This document shows, in pieces, positions 39,092 through 48,738 of a DNA stretch of 64,000 nt. The notes below the pieces were generated by a model that saw only the letters and a list, made by a program, of their open reading frames with translations, was not told the origin of the DNA and made no database searches. The stretch covers positions 384,001 to 448,000 of the forward strand of contig CAVQFQ010000017.1 of assembly GCA_963711835.1 (NCBI GenBank), in the 5' to 3' direction. This DNA comes from an uncultured delta proteobacterium (lineage in GTDB: Bacteria; Desulfobacterota; RBG-13-43-22). Each line of letters begins with the position of its first letter. The stretch's first letter is position 1. The position numbers and the translations under genes are program-made.

Positions 39092-40009
39092 GTGGAGACC
39101 TATGACCTGATTATAATCGGCGGCGGACCGGCCGGTTTAACAGCCGGGATCTATGCCCGCCGTTCCCGGCTCAATACCCTGCTTATCGAAAAACTGACCC
39201 CGGGGGGGCAGGTTCTGATCACCGACTGGGTGGACAATTATCCCGGCTTTCCTGAGGGCATCTCGGGCTTTGACCTGGTGGACCGCATGCGCCGGCAGGC
39301 GGAGCGGTTCAACCTGCCTATCGTCAGTGACGAGATCCTCTCCCTTTCTTTCGATGGACCCAATAAAATAATCAAAGGGCATCAAACAAGCCACCGATCC
39401 CGGGCCGTGATTATTGCCAGCGGGGCCAGCCACAAAAAATTAGGGGTCCAGGGAGAGGAACTCCTAACCGGCAAGGGGGTCTCCTATTGCGCCACCTGCG
39501 ACGGTCCATTCTACCAGGGACAGGATATCGTAGTGGTGGGCGGCGGGGATACGGCCGTCCAGGAGGCCCTTTACCTGACCCGTTTTGCTAAAAAGGTTTA
39601 TTTAATCCATCGCCGCGACCAGCTTCGAGCCGCCAAGATCCTGCAGGAGAAGGCCCTTTCCCATCCGGCCATTGAACCGGTCTGGAAGGCCCTGGTAGAG
39701 GAAATCTTCGGCCAAGGCCAGGTGGAAGGGGTCAAGATTAAAAAACTGGACGGGACCCCCGGGATTACCCTCACGGTGCAGGGGGCCTTTGTTTTTATCG
39801 GTATCCAGCCCAATACCGAGTGGTTGAAGGGGGTGGTCTCTTTTAACGACCATGGGTTTATCAAAACCGATGACACCATGGCTACCTCGATACCGGGCGT
39901 TTTTGCCGCCGGGGATGTGCGCTGCAAGCTCCTCTGGCAAATATCAACAGCCGTAGGAGACGGGGCTACAGCGGCTTTTGCTGCGGAGAGGTATCTGGAA
40001 TCGTTATGA
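39092..40009 (+). CDS. trxB: Thioredoxin-disulfide reductase
   Basis: GGGPAG, SYCATCDG, GGGDTA, HRRD, FAAGD. Confidence 0.97.
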   Translation: METYDLIIIGGGPAGLTAGIYARRSRLNTLLIEKLTPGGQVLITDWVDNYPGFPEGISGFDLVDRMRRQAERFNLPIVSDEILSLSFDGPNKIIKGHQTSHRSRAVIIASGASHKKLGVQGEELLTGKGVSYCATCDGPFYQGQDIVVVGGGDTAVQEALYLTRFAKKVYLIHRRDQLRAAKILQEKALSHPAIEPVWKALVEEIFGQGQVEGVKIKKLDGTPGITLTVQGAFVFIGIQPNTEWLKGVVSFNDHGFIKTDDTMATSIPGVFAAGDVRCKLLWQISTAVGDGATAAFAAERYLESL

Positions 40010-40749
40010 GAATCAGGCCGGTCGGTTCTTTTTCACTAGTACTGCTTTTGGTTGGTTCCCTAATGGGAAGCCCAGGTTGTGCCCTGTGGGACAGCCTTTT
40101 CAAAAGCGAAATCAAAAAAGAATTGGAGAAGACCCCTGAATCCCTGATCCAGGAAGGTCTGGATTTCTACCAGAGGAAAAAATTTGCCCAGGCCATAGAG
40201 GCCTTTCAAAAATTAAAGGATCGATATCCCTACAACCAATACGCCATCCTGGCGGAACTGAAACTGGCCGATAGTTATTTTTTAAATAAGGATTACGAAC
40301 TGGCCGCGGCAGCCTATAAGGAATTTGAGAAAATGCATCCGGCCAACGAGGTCATCCCCTATATCGTTTTCCAGGTGGGCATGTCCTATTTCAAGCAGAT
40401 GCCCACGATAGACCGGGATCAAAGTAATGCCGAAAAAGCGGCCCAGGAATTCGAACGGCTCATCAAAACCTATCCCCAGAGCGAATACCTGGCCGAGGCC
40501 CGAAAAAACTTGATCCTGAGCCAAAAAAATCTGGCCCTTCATGAATTCACTATCGGGGAGTTTTATTTCAAGGCCAATAATTGCCAGGCCGCCCTGGGAC
40601 GATTTGAAGCGGCCCTCAAAAAATATCCCGATGTCCCTCCGACCCCGGCCGTGAAAAGTCAGATCGAGGCCTGCCAAAAGAAAGACGGCCGCAGCGAAAT
40701 AGTCCCCTCCATCTTAAAAGATCATCATTTTCCTGAACCCTTGAAATAA
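40006..40749 (+). CDS. bamD: Outer membrane protein assembly lipoprotein BamD
   Basis: Lipoprotein-like signal with Cys, TPR pattern, RYP.....LAEL, DRDQ, LALHEF.IG.FY. Confidence 0.9.
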   Translation: MRIRPVGSFSLVLLLVGSLMGSPGCALWDSLFKSEIKKELEKTPESLIQEGLDFYQRKKFAQAIEAFQKLKDRYPYNQYAILAELKLADSYFLNKDYELAAAAYKEFEKMHPANEVIPYIVFQVGMSYFKQMPTIDRDQSNAEKAAQEFERLIKTYPQSEYLAEARKNLILSQKNLALHEFTIGEFYFKANNCQAALGRFEAALKKYPDVPPTPAVKSQIEACQKKDGRSEIVPSILKDHHFPEPLK

Positions 40750-40808
40750 AAAAACCCGGCCGTCCTGTTTCGGAGGCCAGGTTCATAAAAATTCTTATCC
40801 TGGACCAA

Positions 40809-40901
40809 TGGCGGAGAGAGAGGGATTCGAACCCTCGGTAGAGGTTTCCCCCTACACTCGCTTAGCAGGCGAGCACCTTAAGCCTACTCGGTCATCTCTC
40901 C
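40809..40901 (-). tRNA. tRNA-Ser(GCT)
   Basis: GGAGAGATGACCGAGT...CTCGC-CTGCTAA-GCGAG, long variable arm, GGTTCGAATCC, 3' GCCA. Confidence 0.96.
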
Positions 40902-40921
40902 GTTTTATTATGAGCTGACAG

Positions 40922-40985
40922 CGATCAGCGGTCGGCTATCAGCCAACAACTAAAACTGTTTTTGCTGAAAGCTGATGGCTGATCG
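40922..40985. repeat. Heptamer-based (GCTGANN) imperfect hairpin between the tRNAs
   Basis: cgatcagcggtcggctatcagc / gctgaaagctgatggctgatcg. Confidence 0.6.
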
Positions 40986-41001
40986 AATGCTTTGGGGTGC
41001 A

Positions 41002-41089
41002 TGGCGGAGGGAGAGGGATTCGAACCCCCGTTCCCCGGAGGGAAAGCGGTTTTCAAGACCGCCGCCTTAAACCACTCGGCCATCCCTCC
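41002..41089 (-). tRNA. tRNA-Ser(TGA)
   Basis: GGAGGGATGGCCGAGTGG...GCGGT-CTTGAAA-ACCGC, long variable arm, GGTTCGAATCC, 3' GCCA. Confidence 0.96.
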
Positions 41090-41108
41090 CTTCCGCATTC
41101 TGTACCTA

Positions 41109-41137
41109 AATCTATCAGTTATGGACAGTCCTGTCAA
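41109..41137 (-). promoter_or_regulatory. Sigma70 promoter of the tRNA-Ser pair
   Basis: TTGACA-N17-TAGATT about 20 nt upstream of tRNA-Ser(TGA). Confidence 0.65.
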
Positions 41138-41150
41138 CCCTAATTGGGCT

Positions 41151-41876
41151 TCAAGGTTTCTTTCTCCCCCCGATCCGCATGCCCAATATCCCGATTTCAT
41201 AAAGCAAATACAAAGGGCCGGCCATGAGCATCATGTTGAAGGCATCCGGGGTCGGGGTCAGCACCGCTGCAATAATGGCTATAATTAGAATGGCATAACG
41301 CCGGTATTGGGTCAGAAAGCTCACCTTCAGCAGACCGATCCGGCCTAAGAGGATCATAGTCAAGGGCAACTCAAAGATGATCCCGAAGGCAAAGATGAAG
41401 AGGATGGAGAAGGATATAAACTTTTTAACCGAGATGAGGGCTTCAATATGGGCGCTCTGGTAGCTGAGTAAAAATTTCGTTCCATAGGGCAGGGTAACGA
41501 ACAGACAAAACCCGGCCCCCAGGTAAAAAAGAAGGATGGCGCCGGCCCAGTAGAGAAGCATTATTTTCCGGCTGAAGGAGGCGAACAGGGGCTGGACAGC
41601 AGCCAATAGCTTGTAAAGGATAAAAGGCATGATCACAAAGAGGGCTGAAAAGAGGGCAATATTCAACAGGGCGAAAAAGGTTTCGGAAAGCTCGTAATAA
41701 GCCAGGGTGACCCCGGTATGCTTTTGAAGAAAAGTCAGAATCGTCTTTGAAAACCCGTAGCCGATGATGGAGAAAATGAGGGTGATGATCCCGATCTGAA
41801 TCAGGCCTTTTCTGAGGCCTTTTAGAAATAAAATGAGCCGATCGGGATTTTCGAAAACTTCCGCCAGAGGGCGCAT
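41151..41876 (-). CDS. tatC: Twin-arginine translocase subunit TatC
   Basis: Six TMs, FG..FELP, RRYA, AAVLTPTPD, PL.LLYE. Confidence 0.92.
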   Translation of the reverse strand: MRPLAEVFENPDRLILFLKGLRKGLIQIGIITLIFSIIGYGFSKTILTFLQKHTGVTLAYYELSETFFALLNIALFSALFVIMPFILYKLLAAVQPLFASFSRKIMLLYWAGAILLFYLGAGFCLFVTLPYGTKFLLSYQSAHIEALISVKKFISFSILFIFAFGIIFELPLTMILLGRIGLLKVSFLTQYRRYAILIIAIIAAVLTPTPDAFNMMLMAGPLYLLYEIGILGMRIGGRKKP

Positions 41877-42102
41877 GACCGGATAAAACTCCTTTAAACC
41901 ATCCGTTAACTTGGGCTCATCCGGAACTTAAAGATTTCCGGATGGAAGATGTGTCTGGCTTATAGCATTTTTTTATCAGACAGGCAAATAAGTCGCTCAT
42001 ATCTCCTCTTTACTACTTTACTACCTAAAAGATATACGATACTATCCCCCCTCGTCAGCCATAATGTTGCACCTTTTTTAAAAACAGTCCTTGGGAGGGT
42101 TT

Positions 42103-43110
42103 ATGGAAAATCAAGCACCTGAATACAGTCAGATTCTGGAAAGAATGCTGCTGGTCCCCACGCCTCGTTTTGTCCGGCTTCTGGGGCTGATTATTTCCCT
42201 GGAGGAAGCCCAATACCTGCTGGCCATGCCCGGCCAGCCGGCCGACCTGGCTCAGAAACTGGGCCAGTCCCTGGACAAGGTGGAAGAGATGATCCGGGTC
42301 CTTTTCGTCAAAGGCCTGGCCTTCCCCAGTCCTAAAACCGATCCTCCTACCTGGCGGATGGGACGGGATTTTGTCCAGTTCCATGATGCCACCATCCTCT
42401 GGCCTCAGGCCCCCCAGGAATTTCTGGATCTCTGGCAGGAAATTATGGAAACCGAATGGCCGGAGATGGCCAAAAAATTCAGCCAGCTTTTTCCCCGCCC
42501 CTTTACCCGGGTCATACCGGTCGGACTGGCGGTCCCGGCCTCCACCCATGTCTTGAGTTATGAAAATGTGGAAGAGATCGTTGAAAAGGCCAAAACCCTG
42601 GCGGTAACCAAATGCACCTGCCGTTTGACGGCCCATAAATGCGACCGCCCTTTGGAAGTCTGCCTCCAGGTCAACAAGGCTGCCGACTACAGCCTTAGCC
42701 GGGGTACGGGTAGAGAAGTATCCAAGGCCGAGGCCCTGGAGCTTCTTAAAAAGTCCGAGGAAGCGGGACTGATCCATGTTACCATGAACAAGCATGAGGT
42801 GGACCATATAATCTGTAATTGCTGCCCCTGCTGCTGCCAGACCATGCCCATTCTAATTAAGGATGGCATCCGGGTTATCGATCCCAGCCGCTTTCAGGCC
42901 GTGGTCGATCAGAACCTCTGCACCGCCTGCGGGGCCTGCCTGGAGCGGTGCTACTTTGGGGCCTTGCAAACCAACGAAGAAGAAAAGGCCTTCGTTGAGG
43001 GAGAAAAATGCCTGGGTTGCGGGTTATGCCGGGTGGTTTGCCCGGTAGAGGCCATTACCTTAGAGCCCGTACGGCCGGAGGACTTCGTACCGGAAAAATA
43101 TTTCAGTTAA
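42103..43110 (+). CDS. 4Fe-4S dicluster domain protein
   Basis: CTCR...C.....C, ICNCCPCCC, and two CxxCxxCxxxC motifs at the C-terminus. Confidence 0.88.
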   Translation: MENQAPEYSQILERMLLVPTPRFVRLLGLIISLEEAQYLLAMPGQPADLAQKLGQSLDKVEEMIRVLFVKGLAFPSPKTDPPTWRMGRDFVQFHDATILWPQAPQEFLDLWQEIMETEWPEMAKKFSQLFPRPFTRVIPVGLAVPASTHVLSYENVEEIVEKAKTLAVTKCTCRLTAHKCDRPLEVCLQVNKAADYSLSRGTGREVSKAEALELLKKSEEAGLIHVTMNKHEVDHIICNCCPCCCQTMPILIKDGIRVIDPSRFQAVVDQNLCTACGACLERCYFGALQTNEEEKAFVEGEKCLGCGLCRVVCPVEAITLEPVRPEDFVPEKYFS

Positions 43111-43118
43111 TAAAATTA

Positions 43119-43192
43119 GATCACCGCTAAGCCGCAAAGAGCGCCAAGGGAAAATTTCTTAACTTGGCGGCCTTTGCCTCTTGGCGGTGATC
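43119..43192. repeat. Nonamer-based imperfect palindrome upstream of iorA
   Basis: gatcaccgctaagccgcaaagagcgccaag / cttggcggcctttgcctcttggcggtgatc. Confidence 0.6.
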
Positions 43193-43207
43193 ATCCAAGG
43201 AGATTTT

Positions 43208-45049
43208 ATGACCAAAAAGAAGGGGATAATCGGCGAAGTCATCATGATGGGCAATGAGGCCATAGCCCGGGGGCTGCTGGAGTCCGGCGTTCAGTGTGCC
43301 ACTTCCTATCCCGGTACACCGGCATCCGAGATCCTGGAATCGGTCATCCGTTTCAAGAATCAGGAAAAGGTGCCTATCTTCGCGGAATGGGCCATCAATG
43401 AAAAAGTGGCCTTTGAAACCGCCCTGGCCCAGACTTACCTGGGCCGCCGGGCCGCGGTTTCCATGAAGCAGGTCGGATTAAACGTAGCCGCTGATCCCCT
43501 GATGAGTGCCGCCTATATCGGGGTCAAGGGCGGCTTTGTCATCATTGCCGCCGATGATCCCGGTCCGAAAAGTTCCCAGACCGAACAGGACAGTCGTTTT
43601 CAGGCTTTTTTTGCCAAGATCCCGGTCTTTGATCCCAGTTCCCCCCTGGAAGCCAAGGAGATGATTCCCAGGGCCTTCGCGCTCTCTGAAAAATATGGGA
43701 TTCCCGTGCTGATCCGGCCCACCACCAGGGTCTGCCATGCCCGTCAACCGATTCCTCTCTATCCCATACCGGCTCCCAAGAAAGAGGCCTTTTTTGAACG
43801 CAATCCCGGCCGTTGGGCGGCTACCCCGGGCTTCCGCTATATCCTGCATAAGGCCTTGAACCTGAAGTTAGAGGAGATCGCCCGGGAAAATCCGAGCTTA
43901 AAAAGCTGGAAAAAGAAAGACCGCCCCTCTGCCCTGGCCATTGTGGCTTCCGGCGTCCCTTATGCCCTGGTTCACGATGTCCTGTTGGATACCGGGAAGA
44001 TCCGGGAAGTGGATTTATTCAAAATCGACCAGCCTTATCCTTTGCCGGTAAAGGACTTAAAAAAATTCTTAAAGACCTATAAGACCGTCTTAGTCCTGGA
44101 AGAAACCTATCCCCTGATCGAAATGCAACTGGCCGACGGCCTGAAACTCAAAGGGCGCAGAGACGATTCCATCCCCGCCGAAGGGGAGCTTACCCCGGAT
44201 ATTGTCCATCACCTGCTGGCCCGGTTACTGAACTGGAAACTGAAAGGAGAACCGCTCCCTGAACCCAAAGGGCGGCGGCCGGCACTCTGTCCCGGCTGCC
44301 CCCACCGTTCGGCTTTCTGGGCCATCAAGAAAACCTTTCCTAAAGGGATTTTTCCCGGGGACATCGGCTGTTATACGTTGGGAATGAACATGGGGGTTGT
44401 GGATACCTGCCTGTGCATGGGGGCCAGTATCACCACCGCCACCGGTCTGTATCAGGGATATAAAGCCTCCGACCAGCCCATCCCGCCCCTGGTGGCCACG
44501 ATTGGGGACTCTACTTTTTTCCACGCCGGGATCCCGGCCCTGGTTCATGCCGTGCATCAGAAAGCCCGCTTTATCCTGGTCATTCTGGACAATTCTACGG
44601 TAGCCATGACCGGTGGCCAGCCCACGCCCAACCTGACGACCCTTTCCGACGGCAGTCCGGCCCAGCCTATTGATCTGGAGACCATGGTCAAGGCCTGCGG
44701 GGTAACCTTTCTGGAAACGGTGGACCCCTACGACGTTCAGGCCATGATCCGGATCCTGAAAAAAGCCGGTGAGTATATCCGCCAGGAAGACGGTGGTCCG
44801 GCCGTCATCATTGCCAGGCATCCCTGTCTGGTTTACGGCCGCCATCTCCTGCCCCAGGAGAAGCCGGGCCAGGTAGTCCTGCCGGAGGAGGACTGTGACG
44901 GTTGCGGCATTTGCGTAACTCTCTTCGACTGTCCGGCCATGGTTCAGAAAGGCAAAAAACAACCGGTCCAAATCCTGGAGGAATTCTGTACGCATTGCGG
45001 CACCTGCATCACCGTCTGTCCCAAAAAACGTATCCGGAGGGCAAGCTAA
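43208..45049 (+). CDS. iorA: Indolepyruvate:ferredoxin oxidoreductase alpha subunit
   Basis: GNEAIARG, YPGTP, NEKVA.E, MKQVGLNVAAD, LCPGCPHR, GDIGCY, IGDSTFFH, C-terminal ferredoxin motifs. Confidence 0.93.
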   Translation: MTKKKGIIGEVIMMGNEAIARGLLESGVQCATSYPGTPASEILESVIRFKNQEKVPIFAEWAINEKVAFETALAQTYLGRRAAVSMKQVGLNVAADPLMSAAYIGVKGGFVIIAADDPGPKSSQTEQDSRFQAFFAKIPVFDPSSPLEAKEMIPRAFALSEKYGIPVLIRPTTRVCHARQPIPLYPIPAPKKEAFFERNPGRWAATPGFRYILHKALNLKLEEIARENPSLKSWKKKDRPSALAIVASGVPYALVHDVLLDTGKIREVDLFKIDQPYPLPVKDLKKFLKTYKTVLVLEETYPLIEMQLADGLKLKGRRDDSIPAEGELTPDIVHHLLARLLNWKLKGEPLPEPKGRRPALCPGCPHRSAFWAIKKTFPKGIFPGDIGCYTLGMNMGVVDTCLCMGASITTATGLYQGYKASDQPIPPLVATIGDSTFFHAGIPALVHAVHQKARFILVILDNSTVAMTGGQPTPNLTTLSDGSPAQPIDLETMVKACGVTFLETVDPYDVQAMIRILKKAGEYIRQEDGGPAVIIARHPCLVYGRHLLPQEKPGQVVLPEEDCDGCGICVTLFDCPAMVQKGKKQPVQILEEFCTHCGTCITVCPKKRIRRAS

Positions 45050-45549
45050 TGAAAAAGCAGATTGTAATCGCCGGCACGGGCGGACAAGGAGTCTTGTTCA
45101 TCACCCGGGTTATCGTGGAGGCGGCCTTCCTGTCCGGTTTTTCGGTCATCTCATCCGAAACCCATGGCATGGCCATGCGCGGCGGCTCGGTCATTTCTCA
45201 GATCAAGATCGGCAACTACCTCAGCCCGGCTATCGAGCAGGGACAGGCCGATTGCCTTTTGGGATTGACCCGGCAGGAAGCCGAGGCCTTTGCTTATTAT
45301 CTAAAACCGAAAGGTAAAATAGTCATTAATGACGGCCAAGAAGGGAAAAACAGGATTGATGCGGAAGGAGCAGCCAAGAAAATGGGGCTGCCGCGATCCG
45401 GCAACATGTTTTTTCTGGGCTATGCTGGCCGGCAGGCCGGGCTGGGGTTAAAACCCGAAAAAGTCAGGGAGGCCATTTCCAAATTGTCCCCGCCCAAATT
45501 CCGGGATCAGAACCTGGCCGCTTTCGAGGCCGGAAGCCAAAAAAAATAG
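45049..45549 (+). CDS. iorB: Indolepyruvate oxidoreductase beta (gamma-type) subunit
   Basis: GTGGQG, SETHGMAMRGGSV, N..AF..G; TAATG overlap with iorA. Confidence 0.88.
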   Translation: MKKQIVIAGTGGQGVLFITRVIVEAAFLSGFSVISSETHGMAMRGGSVISQIKIGNYLSPAIEQGQADCLLGLTRQEAEAFAYYLKPKGKIVINDGQEGKNRIDAEGAAKKMGLPRSGNMFFLGYAGRQAGLGLKPEKVREAISKLSPPKFRDQNLAAFEAGSQKK

Positions 45550-45640
45550 GACCATTCCCAATAATTTCGTTCTCTGAAATCGAGCCCTGCCGTTAGCTCG
45601 TTGCGCAAGTCCGGTATGGTAAGGGTGAAGTCAAAAGGCA

Positions 45641-45937
45641 ATGGAAAAACTTATTATAGCTCTGATAATCGCTTTTATTGCCTTTGAGTTCGTTGAGCAT
45701 GTCATTATCCCTCTGGTCGGCCTTTTTATGCAAAAGAAGAAAAAATCAGCTTACGGGCCAACGAATCTTTTGGGGAGAACTGCTGAGGTCAAAAAGTGGG
45801 AGAAGAACGAAGGCTATGTTTTTGTCAACGGGGAACTCTGGAAAGCCGTTAGCGATTTACCTTTCTCTCCCGGCGACAAAGTCCTTGTTCAAAAAGTGGA
45901 GGGGCTGACATTACGGGTGGGACCTCTTTTAAAATAA
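45641..45937 (+). CDS. NfeD-like C-terminal OB-fold protein
   Basis: G...LLG, G.V.V.GELW.A, G..V.V..VEGL.L.V. Confidence 0.8.
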   Translation: MEKLIIALIIAFIAFEFVEHVIIPLVGLFMQKKKKSAYGPTNLLGRTAEVKKWEKNEGYVFVNGELWKAVSDLPFSPGDKVLVQKVEGLTLRVGPLLK

Positions 45938-46486
45938 TGTATATTTCGCAGGTAAAAAGAGGAAAAAACCGTTTGCAAAATAAATTAGGCCGAAAACGCC
46001 TGCGATAAGCCCCAGAATCCAGACCATCTTTTTCTTCATGAGGGCGGCAATTGAAGAAAGCAAAATGGCGATCTGAAGGAAGATAATAGCGATTCCAAAG
46101 ATCTGCGCGTGCTTCTGGGCGTCCTCATTGATGGCCTCAAATTTCTTGGCCTCCCCTTGGATCTCCGCTTTTTCCTCATTGTATCGCTTTATATTTTTAG
46201 AATAGAATTCAATACGTTTTCCATATTCTTCCACCAAGGATTTTGGGATCTTGGATCCCATGCCCGTGAGCTCCAGTTCCAATTTCTCCTTCTGTAATTC
46301 ATAAAGATACCCTTTAATACTTTTGGCCTGAAAGTAGGCCCATTGGTTGGACGCCTTTGATTGGCTCAGCACGGACCGCGTTGAAAATCCACCTCCTTTG
46401 AAGGTGGACAAGGTCGCACAAACGGCTAATATCACTGTCATGAGGGCAAGGTAGTTTAGCCAAGGTTCCTTCTTCTCCTCTGCCAT
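45929..46486 (-). CDS. DUF4337-like membrane protein
   Basis: ASNQWAYFQAKSIK, coiled region, LQIAILLSSI, three TMs. Confidence 0.8.
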   Translation of the reverse strand: MAEEKKEPWLNYLALMTVILAVCATLSTFKGGGFSTRSVLSQSKASNQWAYFQAKSIKGYLYELQKEKLELELTGMGSKIPKSLVEEYGKRIEFYSKNIKRYNEEKAEIQGEAKKFEAINEDAQKHAQIFGIAIIFLQIAILLSSIAALMKKKMVWILGLIAGVFGLIYFANGFFLFLPAKYTLF

Positions 46487-46610
46487 AGGTCCCTCCTCTT
46501 CTTGGCCCGAATTCTATTAATTTGTCATCACCCTTAAAAGCGGCCGATTTCCTGATTTCTAAGGAATTCCTTTGTCGCCTGATCAATTAAATACCTTTAG
46601 GTCGGCTCGT

Positions 46611-47546
46611 TCAGCGCAACTTATGACGATGGGATTCCCCTCCTTTCTGTTTTAGCACGCTGCAGGTTGCCTCGGTCAGTTCACAGTCAAAGGAACAAGG
46701 CTCGATATGAATAACAATATCAATACTTTGTATCTTGCTTTTAATTTCCGCCTCCATTTTATTGGCTTCCTCATGAGCCTCCGTCACATTCAGCTTCCGG
46801 CAAATAAGGGAATGAAAATCCGCATATTTCCTGGTGCCCGAAAAACGTGTTCTAAGATTATGATAACCGGCAACGGGAAAAGGTCTGTCGGTAATAATTG
46901 TAATCAGTCTGGCCTCTATGGCCTCCGGGATACGGCTGTCCATCAGCCCAACAACGCCGGATTTTAGGATTTTTAAGGCCGAGAATATGATAATTAGTCC
47001 GACAATGACTGCAAAGAGCATATCAAAGGATACCTGTCCGGTATAATAGGTAAGAAGAATCGCCATGATAGCGGCCGAATTCGAATAGAGATCACTGGTA
47101 TAATGAAGGGCATCGGCCTTGAGGGCATCGGAATCCGTTTTTCGACCCACCTTGCGAAGCGTTGTGGAGATGATAAAACTGAAAAGGAGGGAAAGTACCA
47201 TGACCCCGAGATCAAGAACGGAATAGGCAACACCTTCTTTAAGAAAATATTTTTCGGCCGCCTTGAAAATAATAAAGGAGCCGGTAAACAGGATCACAAA
47301 GGATTGGCCTACGGCGGCCAGGCTTTCGGTTTTCCCATGCCCATAAGGGTGGGTCAGATCAGGAGGCTGGGCGGCTTTCGTAATGGCCAGAAAGTTCATG
47401 GCCGACATGAAGACGTCTAATAAACTATCGAGGCCGGACGAAGCAACGGCCATGGAACCGGATAGTAACCCGACTGAAAACTTACTGCCCGCCAAAACAA
47501 AGGCGGAGCATATGGCGAACAGGGAGGCTTTTTGTTTTATATCCAT
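46611..47546 (-). CDS. Cation diffusion facilitator transporter (FieF-like)
   Basis: DS..D, HPYGHGK.E, ADA.HY.SD, H.LRTR, IHIEP. Confidence 0.92.
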   Translation of the reverse strand: MDIKQKASLFAICSAFVLAGSKFSVGLLSGSMAVASSGLDSLLDVFMSAMNFLAITKAAQPPDLTHPYGHGKTESLAAVGQSFVILFTGSFIIFKAAEKYFLKEGVAYSVLDLGVMVLSLLFSFIISTTLRKVGRKTDSDALKADALHYTSDLYSNSAAIMAILLTYYTGQVSFDMLFAVIVGLIIIFSALKILKSGVVGLMDSRIPEAIEARLITIITDRPFPVAGYHNLRTRFSGTRKYADFHSLICRKLNVTEAHEEANKMEAEIKSKIQSIDIVIHIEPCSFDCELTEATCSVLKQKGGESHRHKLR

Positions 47547-47636
47547 GGATAGTTGGCAGGGATGTTTCCAAAAAAGATGAACCGGAAAATCATACCATTG
47601 GCTTGTAAATAACCCATTCCACGGCCCCTGGCATAA

Positions 47637-48614
47637 TTAATCGTGTTTATATTTATGATGATGGTCCTTAAAACGATAAAACCCATGAGAACCCTTTTCC
47701 ACCCAGTAAACAACCGCAACCATTGACAACAACAATACGGTTATAATCAAAATGATCCCGTATTTCCACCCTAATTTGCCTTCCGTCAACCAGGCCCATA
47801 AGGGTTTGCTCCTCCCGGCCCTGGAGGGGACCGCTGGGCTCCGATGCAGTATTTTTTCAAAATGAAAATCTGATGGAGAAGATCTCTTCTCTGGTGACCC
47901 GGGTCGTTTTACGGAAATGACGGCAGGCCTTCTAACAGAATCTCGGTAATCCTTGAAGAGCCGGTAGAGCTCCCGATCCCAGCGCCGTTTTATCTGGGGT
48001 GGTTCCTGACACTCCCGCAGAAGCAAGCCGCGCCCCCAGGCTATTGTCCCATTCCACAACGGTAGCTGCTCTAATCGACCGATGAATTCCTCCTTTTTTT
48101 GCTCACCTTCTTCCTCTTCCCGGGGAGCGAGGAAAAGCAACCCGGATTCAATAAGGCAGGGGCCCCTAAGAACCCTGTTCATCCCTCGAAGGGTTTGCCA
48201 GGATATTTTCCCCTTGTCCGTGACACTAATTTGATATTGCCCGAGCCGGTAGAGCCCCGGTTGCATGTCCTTGATAGACTTCGGATCTGTTTTGTTTCTA
48301 TCGGCTAATAACGATGTCCGTATAAGAAAATCATCGCTCAGACTTTGGCTGGTCCGGATATCCAACAAATCCGAAGAAAAACAATAATAACGAGTTTTGC
48401 CCCAGACGGGCAATTTTTTTAACCGGTCCAGGAACTCGCCGATTAAAAAGCCGTGCTCCTCTCGACGCCCCCGCCCCAGGATGAGCACCTCGCCATAAAT
48501 AAAACATTTCCCGCTCCGCTGCAGCCCAAAACCGGCATGCCTTTCCCACCAGAGCAGACGATCCTCATCTTCTGTAATCCGATATTCCCCTAATCGATAG
48601 GTCGTTTTTTTCAT
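47637..48614 (-). CDS. Hypothetical protein with an internally duplicated ~73-aa domain and C-terminal TM
   Basis: Two copies of YRLG.Y.I...W...G.C.I...L.L...EF..RL..LP.W..T; His-rich tail. Confidence 0.7.
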   Translation of the reverse strand: MKKTTYRLGEYRITEDEDRLLWWERHAGFGLQRSGKCFIYGEVLILGRGRREEHGFLIGEFLDRLKKLPVWGKTRYYCFSSDLLDIRTSQSLSDDFLIRTSLLADRNKTDPKSIKDMQPGLYRLGQYQISVTDKGKISWQTLRGMNRVLRGPCLIESGLLFLAPREEEEGEQKKEEFIGRLEQLPLWNGTIAWGRGLLLRECQEPPQIKRRWDRELYRLFKDYRDSVRRPAVISVKRPGSPEKRSSPSDFHFEKILHRSPAVPSRAGRSKPLWAWLTEGKLGWKYGIILIITVLLLSMVAVVYWVEKGSHGFYRFKDHHHKYKHD

Positions 48615-48738
48615 CGCACTCAGCCGTATTAAAAATGCACTGAACAGGCCTTCAAGCCCTCTTTCAAGTATGCCCGATCGTTTTATTAAGGCGAAAGAAA
48701 AGGTATCCTTATAAGTACAGGCTACTATACACGCATCA

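Noticed and set aside
40925-41288. ORFs 40925-41200 and 40992-41288
   Set aside because: They overlap tRNA-Ser(TGA) and tatC
45555-45600. attC-like site at the edge of the AT-rich block (gttagc)
   Set aside because: No complementary RYYYAAC end or L boxes, and no integron integrase
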